NCBI GenBank assembly: GCA_963693365.1
Contig: CAVNZM010000004.1
Span: 5,210,564 to 5,274,563, forward strand
Source of the DNA: Amoebidium appalachense
Taxonomy: Eukaryota > Protista > Ichthyosporea
DNA: 64,000 nt
Direction of reading: 5' to 3'
Below, piece by piece: positions 63,725 through 64,000 of this stretch (position 1 is its first letter; every line of letters starts with the position of its first letter). The notes under the pieces were generated by a model. It was not told the origin of the DNA. It saw only the letters and a list, made by a program, of their open reading frames with translations, and made no database searches. The position numbers and the translations under genes were made by a program.

Positions 63725-64000
63725 TTGAATGCGGAACACGGTACGGAGTACGCATACACGAAGGACACATGCAAAGGCAAACATTCAAGTATGCAACATC
63801 AGCCATACGCACAGTATGCGTCATAAGCAGAGCCCATCCTCAGGGAGGGCCCAAGTCATCATTAATTGCGTCTGAGTTTCGACCCCTTAGCCTGCGTATA
63901 TACGACTCTCCAACTCAGACAGCAGCATCAACTGAACTTGGGAGGGTCAACCCGTCTTGATCAAAGACGAGCAGGGTTGCTTATGCAAGCAAGGTGAGCA
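63725..64000 (-). mobile_element. Poly(C)-tailed repeat, long copy running off the window edge
   Basis: Reverse complement of 54371-54659 with a 15-bp internal deletion. It abuts a G-run ending at 63724. Confidence 0.88.

Overview
Eukaryotic, intron-rich nuclear DNA saturated with (CA/GT)n, (CT/GA)n and long C/G homopolymers. It is probably a unicellular opisthokont or holozoan; this is inferred from the animal-like CDK8 and Rogdi and is not proven. Nearly all ORF-track calls are microsatellite read-through. Splicing by hand gives: a 4-exon hypothetical gene (-) head-to-head with a multi-exon Rogdi/Rav2 gene (+), an intronless two-pore K+ channel with EF hands (-), a 15-exon CDK8 (-) head-to-head with mitochondrial uL11m (+), and a long low-complexity coiled-coil gene (+). 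The main discovery candidate is a dispersed repeat family with a fixed 3' end (..CCGCATTCAA) running into poly(C), variable 5' truncation and poly(C) on both flanks. It looks like a poly(C)-tailed, poly(C)-targeting non-LTR retroposon, and every intronic copy is sense to its host gene. Also present: a TTAA-flanked 128-bp intronic hairpin, a ~1.15-kb foldback, tRNA-derived Pol III heads, a hAT-like MITE, a doubly palindromic minisatellite, a duplicated CDK8 exon end with its donor, and two frame breaks near homopolymers. Homopolymer lengths may be inflated or wrong because of sequencing error.
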